64,000 bases of DNA from a virus. Below the pieces are notes generated by a model, which was not told where the DNA came from, ran no database searches, and saw only the letters and a program-made list of their open reading frames with translations. The stretch lies in the IMG/VR virus record IMGVR_UViG_3300017971_000272, positions 9,817 through 73,816 of that record; one strand, given 5' to 3'. Both the position numbers and the translations under genes were made by a program. Of this stretch, positions 49,375 to 58,352 are shown one piece after another; the first letter of the stretch is position 1; each line of letters begins with the position of its first letter.

Positions 49375-51309
49375 TTATTCATATTTTTTCAATAAAATAT
49401 TTAACATTTCAAATTCACTAAAATCATCCCCATCTAAAATCTTATTAATCACTTTTTCTTTTTCTTGTAATAGATGCATGATATCTTCTTCAATAGTGTT
49501 TTTAGCTATCAAATACCAAACATTCACAGCATTCTTTTGTCCGATACGATGACACCGATCAGCAGCTTGAGAATGTAAAGAAGGTGTCCATCCGAGTTCA
49601 AGGAACACAACATTACTTGCAGCAGTTAAAGTGATGCCCACACCAGCAGCTTTGATATTGCCCACAAAAATCTTTATATTTGAATCATTTTGGAATGTAT
49701 CTACTATTTGTTGACGTTTATTAGCCTGTACACTTCCATCAATTTTAACCGCCTTATGGCCATATCTTTTCATTAATTCATTAATAACATGCTTATGTGT
49801 AGCAAATACTACAAGCTTCTCGTCTGATCCCTCTAAGAAGTCATCAATCCATTGGATACATTGTTTCAGCTTGCCATTAACAGCTACTTGTTTCAATGCC
49901 TCAATTCTTGAAAGAGTTTGTGCGTTTTGTGCCTTAGATGCTGCTTTACTGCCTTTAGTTTCTCTTACCCATTCAATAAAATCTGTTTCAGCTCTGCTAT
50001 ATTCCTTCATATTGTTCAGTTCTAAAGGCAGTAGAGTCTTTATTTTATCCGGTAGATCTGTAAGCACCTCTTCTTTTTTACGTCTTAGCATGATTGTATT
50101 GGTTAATAAGTCATGTAATTCTTCATGATTTGAAGAGCCATTATAATTCCAGCTAAAACCATCAAATTTTAAATCACAAAACTTCTTTCCATATTGTGTT
50201 TTAGATTTAAATGTTTCGGGATCGAGTATTTGCAACATATTAAATATTTCAATTGGTCTGTTTTCAATTGGAGTACCAGATAATCCAATTACATGATCTA
50301 TCTTTTTACATACGTTTTTAACTGCTTTTGTTCTTATAGCTTTTGAATTTTTTATCATATGAACTTCATCAGCTACTACAGCTTTTAATTTTACCTTTTT
50401 TAATTCCTTTAGCCATGCATTCAAAATATCGTAATTAATAATATAAATATCTTTTTTTGGAAGATCATACGTCTTTTTACCATTAATAATGTGTATAGAT
50501 TTATCTCCGGTAGTTATTTTAAATTCTTTTTCCCAATTATATTTTACAGATGCAGGACATATGATCAATGCAGGTCTAATTTCAGGATGTAGATGCAAGT
50601 AACTGATTGATTGGATACTTTTTCCCAAACCCATATCATCCGCAATCAAGGCTCTGCCATTTTTAAGATTTAAAAAAGAAACACCTTGTTTTTGAAACTT
50701 GAAAGGCTCCCTTAATAATCCAGGAACCTTAGTTTCTGGAAGTTCGTTTTGATTAATCTTATTTCTTTTTAGCCATTTCTTAACTTTTGGATGTAGTTTG
50801 AAATCTAATTCTTTCAGTTTTTCAATGTTAGCTACTGTACAATTAGATATCCATCTTGGCTTAGGTTCTTTTTCAAACTTTCTATCTATTAAATGTTCTT
50901 TGATATCGGATACTGTTTCATAGCAGAATGGGAAAGTGATGATGAGTTGATTATCCATCAATTTAACATACTTTCCAGAGCTATCATAAAATTTAGTTCT
51001 TTTTCTTTTAACTTTAGGAGTTGGATTATTATTTGGCATAGGATCAATCTTAAGAGCTATTAATTGATTTTTATATTTTTTAATAGCCTTTCTAACTGTT
51101 TCTATCTGTTTATGTGATAATCTATTATACCGTAAATAGAATTCACTAATGCTGGATAAAATAGCAGCATCAACAGCATTAAATCCTTTGCCATTTTGAT
51201 AATGAGTGCTTTTACCATGCTGTTCATCTATTTCTTGTTGGCTGTAAATAGCCAACAAAGCACCTATCAAAAATTCATCATCTGTTTTTATTCTGTCAAC
51301 AATATCCAT
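49375..51309 (-). CDS. SNF2-family (HARP/SMARCAL1-like) helicase
   Basis: ADDMGLGKS, DEVH, LSGTP, LRRKK, GVGITLT, QAADRCHRIGQ. Confidence 0.92.
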   Translation of the reverse strand: MDIVDRIKTDDEFLIGALLAIYSQQEIDEQHGKSTHYQNGKGFNAVDAAILSSISEFYLRYNRLSHKQIETVRKAIKKYKNQLIALKIDPMPNNNPTPKVKRKRTKFYDSSGKYVKLMDNQLIITFPFCYETVSDIKEHLIDRKFEKEPKPRWISNCTVANIEKLKELDFKLHPKVKKWLKRNKINQNELPETKVPGLLREPFKFQKQGVSFLNLKNGRALIADDMGLGKSIQSISYLHLHPEIRPALIICPASVKYNWEKEFKITTGDKSIHIINGKKTYDLPKKDIYIINYDILNAWLKELKKVKLKAVVADEVHMIKNSKAIRTKAVKNVCKKIDHVIGLSGTPIENRPIEIFNMLQILDPETFKSKTQYGKKFCDLKFDGFSWNYNGSSNHEELHDLLTNTIMLRRKKEEVLTDLPDKIKTLLPLELNNMKEYSRAETDFIEWVRETKGSKAASKAQNAQTLSRIEALKQVAVNGKLKQCIQWIDDFLEGSDEKLVVFATHKHVINELMKRYGHKAVKIDGSVQANKRQQIVDTFQNDSNIKIFVGNIKAAGVGITLTAASNVVFLELGWTPSLHSQAADRCHRIGQKNAVNVWYLIAKNTIEEDIMHLLQEKEKVINKILDGDDFSEFEMLNILLKKYE

Positions 51310-51657
51310 TTGTCCTTTCCTATCCCTATAAAGATATTGAAAAATGTTAAAAATTTTAAATTAAGTTTAATACTTTATTAATGTTAAGAGCTAAAAATAA
51401 GTTATCTGTGATTATAACAGACACATGGCTTCCTGAAATACAAAAATCCTCCACATATAAACAGTCCTTGTTAATACAACTGGAAAAATCAGATAGGAAT
51501 TCTTTAATATTTGTTTCAAATTTAGTTACTGGATATTCCAATCTTACTCTTTTTCTTTTTTCATTGTTTTGTTTTAGTTTTAAATATCTATAAGCTCTAT
51601 CTTTATTAATTAACATTTTGATCACCTAACCAATTTATTCACTTTTCCATTAAGGGT

Positions 51658-51861
51658 TTATTTTTTAAATTTTTTAAGAATGTCTATATATGTCTCTTCT
51701 GTGGTTAAATACTTTCTAACAGCATTGTTTATAATTTTAGAACGATTCTTATGGCCTATGTAATTTGATGTAATGTATTCCAATTGTTTTTTTAAATCAT
51801 TATCTATCATAAAATTAATCTGACTCTTAGTAATTCCTTTTGGTCTTCCCGGTTTTGCCAT
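51658..51861 (-). CDS. Ribbon-helix-helix DNA-binding protein
   Basis: GRPKG...INFMID..LKKQL...NRSKIINNAVRKYL. Confidence 0.6.
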   Translation of the reverse strand: MAKPGRPKGITKSQINFMIDNDLKKQLEYITSNYIGHKNRSKIINNAVRKYLTTEETYIDILKKFKK

Positions 51862-52042
51862 TAATTAGCCTCCTTTTTCTTACATATTTTTTCATATGTG
51901 TGTTGAAATGGGGTATACTCTTTGCCTCCAAATATTAAATGTAATTCTTCATTAGTAAGCCAATTGTATTGATGAGATCGCATTTTTTGAACTCCTCTTT
52001 TTGATTTCTTTCTTCTTCTTTTGTTCATTTTGAGATCTCCTT

Positions 52043-52231
52043 TTATTTAGTACGGGTTCTGATAGTTCTTTTACCCGTTGTTTTTCTTTTGGTTTCCTCT
52101 TTTTTAGCTTGATTGCAATACTGATCACAAACTCCACATGATTTATACATTCTTCGATATCTGCATTGTTTCAAGTTAATAGCAGTACTAAATTGTGAAC
52201 ATTTAAATATGTGTTTTTTGATATCAGCCAT
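52043..52231 (-). CDS. Small Cys-rich basic protein
   Basis: C...C...CGVC; C-terminal IRTRTK. Confidence 0.55.
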   Translation of the reverse strand: MADIKKHIFKCSQFSTAINLKQCRYRRMYKSCGVCDQYCNQAKKEETKRKTTGKRTIRTRTK

Positions 52232-52233
52232 TT

Positions 52234-52806
52234 TTATTCGCCTTTCAGATCCTTTATTAGATTAATCTTTTCACTGTCTGAAAAGATGCCTTGCTCCTTT
52301 TGTTCCTCATAATATATTGTTTTAGCCAATCCTCCAGAGTATTGATTGTTGATACGATTCCCTTCCATGCTATAACAGTCACTAAATGGGAACTCTTCAT
52401 TGTCCTCATCATATTGATAATAACAACCTGATATGCTATCGGTAGATTCATGATAATCAAACATATAGAATCTATCATATGGACCTGCTTCATCCAGCAA
52501 TAAATATTGCTGGTAATCATCATCCCATCTAAGCATAACAAGCTCCCCTTCTATATCATTACCAACTAAATGTCCATTATCAAAAGTGCCAAATGTATAG
52601 GATCGAGTATTCACATATCCATCAACATGATAAATAAATACCCATTTGCCTATAAATTTATCTAAGTCTGAATTATAGGTTTGGTTTTGATGACTGCTTT
52701 GATTGCTTATTACTTGCTGCTTGTTTTCATTTTTCTTTTCAACATTGCTTCCACATCCATAAATTAATACCGCCATAGTTAAAGTTAAAATAATAGATCT
52801 TTTCAT
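52234..52806 (-). CDS. Lipoprotein
   Basis: MKRSIILTLTMAVLIYG|C lipobox; SD AGGAGG. Confidence 0.75.
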   Translation of the reverse strand: MKRSIILTLTMAVLIYGCGSNVEKKNENKQQVISNQSSHQNQTYNSDLDKFIGKWVFIYHVDGYVNTRSYTFGTFDNGHLVGNDIEGELVMLRWDDDYQQYLLLDEAGPYDRFYMFDYHESTDSISGCYYQYDEDNEEFPFSDCYSMEGNRINNQYSGGLAKTIYYEEQKEQGIFSDSEKINLIKDLKGE

Positions 52807-52821
52807 GATTACTTCCTCCTT

Positions 52822-53100
52822 TTATGATACTTGGTTGTAATATTGGTTCATGCGTTTTGCATGGACTTTGTCAAAATATTCTTCATCATATAACCAGTTA
52901 AATACGTTTTGTGCAAATTGGGAATTGATATCTTCTTTGGAAAATGAAGCTATTACCTTGCCTCTTCTGGAAATATTACGAAGTTTAACAGAATTATCTT
53001 GAAAACAAAGAACTCTTCTTTTACCATCAACTTTGAATGCAAATTCTTTATTATCAGAAAAAACTTTTTTAATGGCTTTTTTAAATTCATTTAAGTTCAT
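52822..53100 (-). CDS. Early hypothetical protein
   Basis: Likely start ATG 53100 (MNLNEFKK) after AAGGAG. Confidence 0.65.
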   Translation of the reverse strand: MNLNEFKKAIKKVFSDNKEFAFKVDGKRRVLCFQDNSVKLRNISRRGKVIASFSKEDINSQFAQNVFNWLYDEEYFDKVHAKRMNQYYNQVS

Positions 53101-53118
53101 ATTTGTCTCCTTTGTTTG

Positions 53119-53167
53119 GTTAATCTTAAGTACAGTTATACAGGAAAATATAAATAAAGTCAACCCT
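53119..53167 (-). promoter_or_regulatory. Repeated early promoter, diverged copy 3
   Basis: TTGACT-17-TATAAC, colinear with copies 1 and 2. Confidence 0.75.
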
Positions 53168-53278
53168 CTTTATTAAATTTTTAATGTTTTTTTAAAAATT
53201 ATTTTATTTAGCACAGTCTATGTTTTTTATATCCTCTATATACAAATCAATTTATTTTTAATTTTATTAATTTTATGC

Positions 53279-53307
53279 TTGATTATTACATTTTTTTAAT
53301 TTATGAT
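53279..53307 (+). promoter_or_regulatory. Rightward promoter at the strand switch
   Basis: TTGATT-17-TATGAT. Confidence 0.55.
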
Positions 53308-53369
53308 GTTTTTCAAGTCATAAAAATTGACTCAAACCTATATAAATCAATACACAAGGAGAACAAAAA

Positions 53370-54173
53370 ATGAGTAAAGACACCAAAAAAAAGGCTAAAA
53401 CCACATCTAAAAAGAAATCATCAGCAGCAACTAAAAAATCTACGGGCAAAAAAACATTAACTAAAAAAACCACAAAGAAAAAAACAGGTTTTTCTTTGGG
53501 AGATTACATGGATGTTATTTATGAAATGAATGATGTCTTCGGTTTGAATCCTCCCATTCCAGATCAGGATAATGAAAAAGATGCCATTGAAGAGATTAAA
53601 TCATCTGCTGAATTGATGGAAAGTGATGATATATCTAAATTTACAGAGAAAGCAATAAAAACTTTGAAGCATTTGGAAATTGATCTTCCTGAAGCTGAAG
53701 AAGAATCTGAAGAAGAAGCTGACGATGATAATCAAGATGTAGATGATGATTCCTCAGATGATTCCTCAGATGATTCCTCAGATGATTCCTCAGATGATTC
53801 CTCAGATGATGACGACGATGATGATGATGACGAAGAGAAAGAAGATAAAAAAACAAAAGCTAAAAAAGCTACTAAAAAATCTAAAGATAAAAAGGAAGAT
53901 AAAAAAGCTTCTACAAAAGATAAAGATAAAACAAATGAAAAGAAGCCCAAAACTAAAAAGGGACCAAGCCCATACGGTTTAACTGTGGAAATCATGTGTA
54001 AAAAACCAGATATGGACACAGATGATTTGAAAAAACAACTTGAAAAAGCAGGTATAGACACTGCTGAATCTAAAGCTGCTATAGGCACAGGTATTACAAC
54101 TGTACGTCGTTTAATTTCCATGCTTAGTGCTAATGGGCATACCAAAAAGAAATGGAATTTTTCTAAAAAATAG
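53370..54173 (+). CDS. Histone-H1-like/acidic-tract protein
   Basis: K/T/S-rich N-terminus, D/E tract with (DDSS)x5, K-rich segment, folded C-terminus. Confidence 0.7.
   Translation: MSKDTKKKAKTTSKKKSSAATKKSTGKKTLTKKTTKKKTGFSLGDYMDVIYEMNDVFGLNPPIPDQDNEKDAIEEIKSSAELMESDDISKFTEKAIKTLKHLEIDLPEAEEESEEEADDDNQDVDDDSSDDSSDDSSDDSSDDSSDDDDDDDDDEEKEDKKTKAKKATKKSKDKKEDKKASTKDKDKTNEKKPKTKKGPSPYGLTVEIMCKKPDMDTDDLKKQLEKAGIDTAESKAAIGTGITTVRRLISMLSANGHTKKKWNFSKK
53745..53804 (+). repeat. 12-bp tandem repeat GATGATTCCTCA x5
   Basis: Direct reading; encodes DDSS. Confidence 0.9.
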
Positions 54174-54183
54174 GAGAATCACT

Positions 54184-55194
54184 TTGTATAAAATACTCTC
54201 ATCAATTCCACGTCAAATGGATAATCATAAAGATAAATTGACGTGGATAGATGAGGTTTGTAAAGAACATAAACCTCATCTATTAGTGACCCCTCAAGAA
54301 TTCTTTGGTGGAATTATGATGCCAAAGAAACCGTTTTTTACCTTTGATGAATTATATCCAAAATTAAAACGTATAATCAAAAAACATAATGTAGCGCTTG
54401 TAGTGGGTGTTGTTGAACGTGAAAATAATTGGAATAAGGAGGTTGTTTGGTTTATAAATGAAAAGGCTGAGTTCTTGGGTAAAGTAGCTAAGTTTGCTCT
54501 TCCAAGATACGATCATATCAATACCAATGGAGTAGGTGATATTGAACCAGAAACTGATTTCAATAACAGATTTCAAATATTTGAATTCTTTGATGGATTA
54601 AGAGTATCTGCTATTTTTTGTTGGGAAGCTTACTCTGATCTTTTATGGACTGGCCTTGGTATAATGAAGCCTGATGTTATTTTTTCCATGATAAAATTTG
54701 GAGTAAACTCATGGCCTCAAGTTGAAAAAAAAGATGGAAAAGCATGTGTTAAAGGATTTGGTTATGGTACTTGGAGCGAAAATGGAAGATGGGTTGAGCG
54801 CCTGCACATGGCTAATAAATGGCAAGTCAAATGTCCCATTATATGTACCACTAATTCATGGAATCTACGTCCTATCTCAATGCCTTTATGTGGTTGTATT
54901 TCTAATATAGATGGGCAAGCCAATCATACTTTTTATCATCCCAAAAAAGAAGATAAACTAAAAACCATTCCAGAAAAAATCATTGTTGATGAGATAGATC
55001 CTAATAAAGTTAGAGGAGCGCTCATGAATAAATTTGTATACAAAGATGCAGTAGGCCATTTTCCGCCATATGATCTTGCTAAGTACACTATGATGTTAAA
55101 AATTAATCGTATTGAAGCAAGGCTGCTTTCAGGCAGAGAAGAGAAAGATGTTAATAAGAAAAAGGCCAAAAGAAAGGGAGGGTTAGGGCTATGA
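54184..55194 (+). CDS. Nitrilase/carbon-nitrogen hydrolase family protein
   Basis: TPQE, KFALP and FCWE fit the Glu-Lys-Cys triad; likely TTG start at 54184 after AGGAG. Confidence 0.75.
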   Translation: MYKILSSIPRQMDNHKDKLTWIDEVCKEHKPHLLVTPQEFFGGIMMPKKPFFTFDELYPKLKRIIKKHNVALVVGVVERENNWNKEVVWFINEKAEFLGKVAKFALPRYDHINTNGVGDIEPETDFNNRFQIFEFFDGLRVSAIFCWEAYSDLLWTGLGIMKPDVIFSMIKFGVNSWPQVEKKDGKACVKGFGYGTWSENGRWVERLHMANKWQVKCPIICTTNSWNLRPISMPLCGCISNIDGQANHTFYHPKKEDKLKTIPEKIIVDEIDPNKVRGALMNKFVYKDAVGHFPPYDLAKYTMMLKINRIEARLLSGREEKDVNKKKAKRKGGLGL

Positions 55195-55763
55195 CATATG
55201 ATCATACAGATCCTAAAGTTAAAAAACTTCAAGATATGATTGAGCATATAGGAGATGATCCAAACAGAGAAGGTCTTGCAGAAACTCCACATAGAATAAT
55301 CAAATCATGGAAAGAGTTATATTCGGGATACAATAAAGATCCAAAAGATGTTTTTAAAACATTTGATTCTAATGGATATGATCAGATTGTTTTATTAAAA
55401 AATTGTGAAATATACAGCATGTGTGAACATCATATGCTCCCTTTTGTGGGCAAAGCTCATATTGCTTATATTGCCAATGGTAAAGTAATAGGCATCTCCA
55501 AATTAGCTCGATTAATGGAGATATACTCAAGACGTTTACAGATTCAAGAACGTATAGGGGAACAGATCACTTCTGATTTAATGGAACATCTTAACCCATT
55601 AGGTGCAGCTTGTATCATTGAAGCACATCATTATTGCATGAGAATGCGTGGAGTAGGTAAACAGAATTCCATCATGACTACTTCCAGCTTAAAAGGAATT
55701 TTTCTTGAAAAAAGTGAAGCTGGATATGCTGCAAGAAATGAATTAATGCAATTAATTAATTGA
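55191..55763 (+). CDS. folE: GTP cyclohydrolase I
   Basis: REGLAETPHR, SMCEHHMLPF, GISKLAR, RRLQIQER, HYCMRMRGV. Confidence 0.95.
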   Translation: MTYDHTDPKVKKLQDMIEHIGDDPNREGLAETPHRIIKSWKELYSGYNKDPKDVFKTFDSNGYDQIVLLKNCEIYSMCEHHMLPFVGKAHIAYIANGKVIGISKLARLMEIYSRRLQIQERIGEQITSDLMEHLNPLGAACIIEAHHYCMRMRGVGKQNSIMTTSSLKGIFLEKSEAGYAARNELMQLIN

Positions 55764-55764
55764 T

Positions 55765-56694
55765 ATGAAAAAAGAAAATTTTACTCAATTATTTTTAGAT
55801 TCAGGTGCTTTTAGCGCATATACTCAAGGTGCTGAAATCAATATACAGGATTATATTGACTTTATTAAAAAACATAAAAAGAAATTAGTAGTATATGCTA
55901 ATCTTGATGTTATTGGTGATGCTAAAGGCACATTAAAGAATCAAAAATTCATGGAACGTCAAGGACTGTCTCCACTTCCCTGTTTTCATATGAATGAAAA
56001 CTTCAAATATCTTAGATATTATGTAGATAAATATGATTATATTGCTCTTGGAGGAGTTGCACAAGCTAAGGGCAATAAAAATCATATTATTAAATGGATG
56101 GATCAATGCTTTGATGTTATTACTGATGATGATGGCTATCCAAAAACTAAAGTGCATGGATTCGCTGTTACTGCTATGGATTTAATGTTTAGATATCCAT
56201 GGTGGAGTGTTGATAGTACCAGTTGGGTTATTTGGTCAAGAATGGGAAAGATACCTGTGCCTGTTAAAAAACAAGGAAAATATTTATATGATCGTAAGCC
56301 CTTAATAATATCTGTTTCCAATAAATCTCCGGATATTAAAGATAAGGGATCACATATAGATAATATCACTCCTACTGTTAAAAAACAGATAATACAATTT
56401 ATCGAAGAAAATGGAATGAGATTAGGTAAATCTGAAATTGTTGAAAAGTCTTTAGATTATCAGCCAAAAGACAATGAAAAATGGTTTGAACCTGCTAAAA
56501 AAGCTAAAAATGGAAAACGTTTATTAGAAATTATTATTGAATCAGGTGTATCTAATAATTATATTTTAAGAGATCGTTTATCCATTCGATTTTTTAAAAA
56601 CGTAGAAAAAGCATTTCCTGAATGGCCTTATCAATGGAAACATAAGAAAAGGAGGAGAGGTTCTCTTCTTCGAGGATTTGGTTATGGCACGTAA
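55765..56694 (+). CDS. dpdA: DpdA-like 7-deazaguanine DNA transglycosylase (TGT fold)
   Basis: LFLDSGAFS, NLDVIGD, PCFH, IALGG, KVHGFA, SVDSTSW; adjacent to folE. Confidence 0.78.
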   Translation: MKKENFTQLFLDSGAFSAYTQGAEINIQDYIDFIKKHKKKLVVYANLDVIGDAKGTLKNQKFMERQGLSPLPCFHMNENFKYLRYYVDKYDYIALGGVAQAKGNKNHIIKWMDQCFDVITDDDGYPKTKVHGFAVTAMDLMFRYPWWSVDSTSWVIWSRMGKIPVPVKKQGKYLYDRKPLIISVSNKSPDIKDKGSHIDNITPTVKKQIIQFIEENGMRLGKSEIVEKSLDYQPKDNEKWFEPAKKAKNGKRLLEIIIESGVSNNYILRDRLSIRFFKNVEKAFPEWPYQWKHKKRRRGSLLRGFGYGT

Positions 56695-56715
56695 TACATA
56701 ATCAGAGGATTGAAA

Positions 56716-56910
56716 ATGAAGATATATCTTGCTTGTTTTCCACATGAAGTAGCGCAAAATATTGCCATTACAAAAGAGAAATACAGACAATGTTTAGCAT
56801 CATATCATTTTATAATTAATGAAAATGCTATAAGCGAAAAAGAGTTTAATTCATGGATAAAAACAGGATTAACTAATAAAAAAAGGAAACAGAATAATGA
56901 AAATAAATAG
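56716..56910 (+). CDS. Small protein (MKIYLA...LASY)
   Basis: ORF after dpdA, GAGG SD. Confidence 0.55.
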   Translation: MKIYLACFPHEVAQNIAITKEKYRQCLASYHFIINENAISEKEFNSWIKTGLTNKKRKQNNENK

Positions 56911-57916
56911 ATCAGAATTTTTACAATCTTTAAAATCAATAAAACCAGCAATTGATGAAAAAGATAATCTTGAACAAGCTAATTCTTTTATTTTTAATAA
57001 TGGAAATATTCACACATATAATGATGAAATTGGCATGCAAATCGAAAGTCCAGTTAACATAGATGCTGTTGTTAAAGCCAAAGAACTATACTCTTTGCTT
57101 GGTAAGATAAAAGATGATGAAATTAGTATATCAATGAAAGATAATGAATTCATTATCAAAGGTAAAAGAATCAAAGCAGGTATTAAAAAACAAGAAGAAA
57201 CATTAATTAATTTAGATGAAATATTTCCAAAGATTGATAAATGGAGCAAGGTTCCAGATGATTTTAAAAAAGCTTTGTCCATATGTTTATTATCTGCCAG
57301 TAAAGATAATACAAGACCTATTTTAACATGCCTACATATCAAAGATGACATAATCGAATCCAGTGATAATGAACAGCTCACTATATACACTATGTCTAAA
57401 AAATGTAAGGTATTTAAAAAAGGAATATTGATACCTGAAAATATAGTTAAGGATCTTATCAAGTATAATATCACTCATGTCAGTTATAATAGAGATAATT
57501 GGATTGATTTTAAAAGTGAAGAAAATGTTATTATCTCTTGTAGAATGTATAAAGGAGAATATGCTGATCTATCTCAGTTTATTCTCAATAAAGGAACCAA
57601 AATAACATTCCCAAACAATATTAATGATATTTTAAACAAGATGGAAGTTTTTCAAAAAGAAGAACAAGATGCTTTACAAACAGTTAATATTAAGATCAAT
57701 AAAGGTATCTTTTCTGTTCGTTCTGAAAATCAATATGGATGGGTTGAGGAAAGTGTAAAAACTAAAAATAAAAAAAATGTGATATTCAATGTAGGTCCTA
57801 AAATTCTACTCAACATACTTAACACCACTAAAAAAGCAATGATAGGTGATAATGTGATACAATTTAATACGGATAATTATGTACATATCATTGCTAAGGA
57901 AAACAATAATGATTAA
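56897..57916 (+). CDS. dnaN: Beta sliding clamp
   Basis: MKINRSEFLQSL, SASKDNTRPILTCLHI, SSDN, GEYAD; 339 aa. Confidence 0.85.
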   Translation: MKINRSEFLQSLKSIKPAIDEKDNLEQANSFIFNNGNIHTYNDEIGMQIESPVNIDAVVKAKELYSLLGKIKDDEISISMKDNEFIIKGKRIKAGIKKQEETLINLDEIFPKIDKWSKVPDDFKKALSICLLSASKDNTRPILTCLHIKDDIIESSDNEQLTIYTMSKKCKVFKKGILIPENIVKDLIKYNITHVSYNRDNWIDFKSEENVIISCRMYKGEYADLSQFILNKGTKITFPNNINDILNKMEVFQKEEQDALQTVNIKINKGIFSVRSENQYGWVEESVKTKNKKNVIFNVGPKILLNILNTTKKAMIGDNVIQFNTDNYVHIIAKENNND

Positions 57917-58349
57917 TAAATATAAATTAAGAACTTGGATGCCGGAAAAGGGAATATTTGTTTATTGGGGTAGGATAAAAAACAAATGGAAAGATCCAGA
58001 TTTAAATACCACATTAAAACATCTTTTTTATACCACACAAAGATCTATAGATATATGTGATGTAGATAATCAAGACATATATGAAGGTGATTATATTAAT
58101 ATTACCTTATCAGGTCTTCCATTTGAATACCAGATTATAAAAGATAAACAAATGAAAAGAATATTTCCATATCCCTATATTAGAGGTGTTATTGAATGGG
58201 ATAAAGAGATATTAATAGATATACCTCAATTCGGCCATATGATAAGTATAGATCATCCTTTTTTAGATAATGCTTTTGATGAGCATAATGACAGTATCAA
58301 AGTTATAGGTAATATTTTTGAAAACGGAATTAATTATTTAATGGAGTAG
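57909..58349 (+). CDS. YopX-family protein
   Basis: KLRTW...DVDNQDIYEGD...KVIGNIFEN. Confidence 0.8.
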   Translation: MINKYKLRTWMPEKGIFVYWGRIKNKWKDPDLNTTLKHLFYTTQRSIDICDVDNQDIYEGDYINITLSGLPFEYQIIKDKQMKRIFPYPYIRGVIEWDKEILIDIPQFGHMISIDHPFLDNAFDEHNDSIKVIGNIFENGINYLME

Positions 58350-58352
58350 ATA

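Noticed and set aside
53745-53810. Tandem repeats here, at 38564-38608 and at 63740-64000 as a CRISPR array
   Set aside because: No spacers; in-frame coding repeats; no cas genes.
54127-54183. ORF-track start of the nitrilase gene
   Set aside because: Overlaps the upstream gene; TTG at 54184 has a properly spaced AGGAG.
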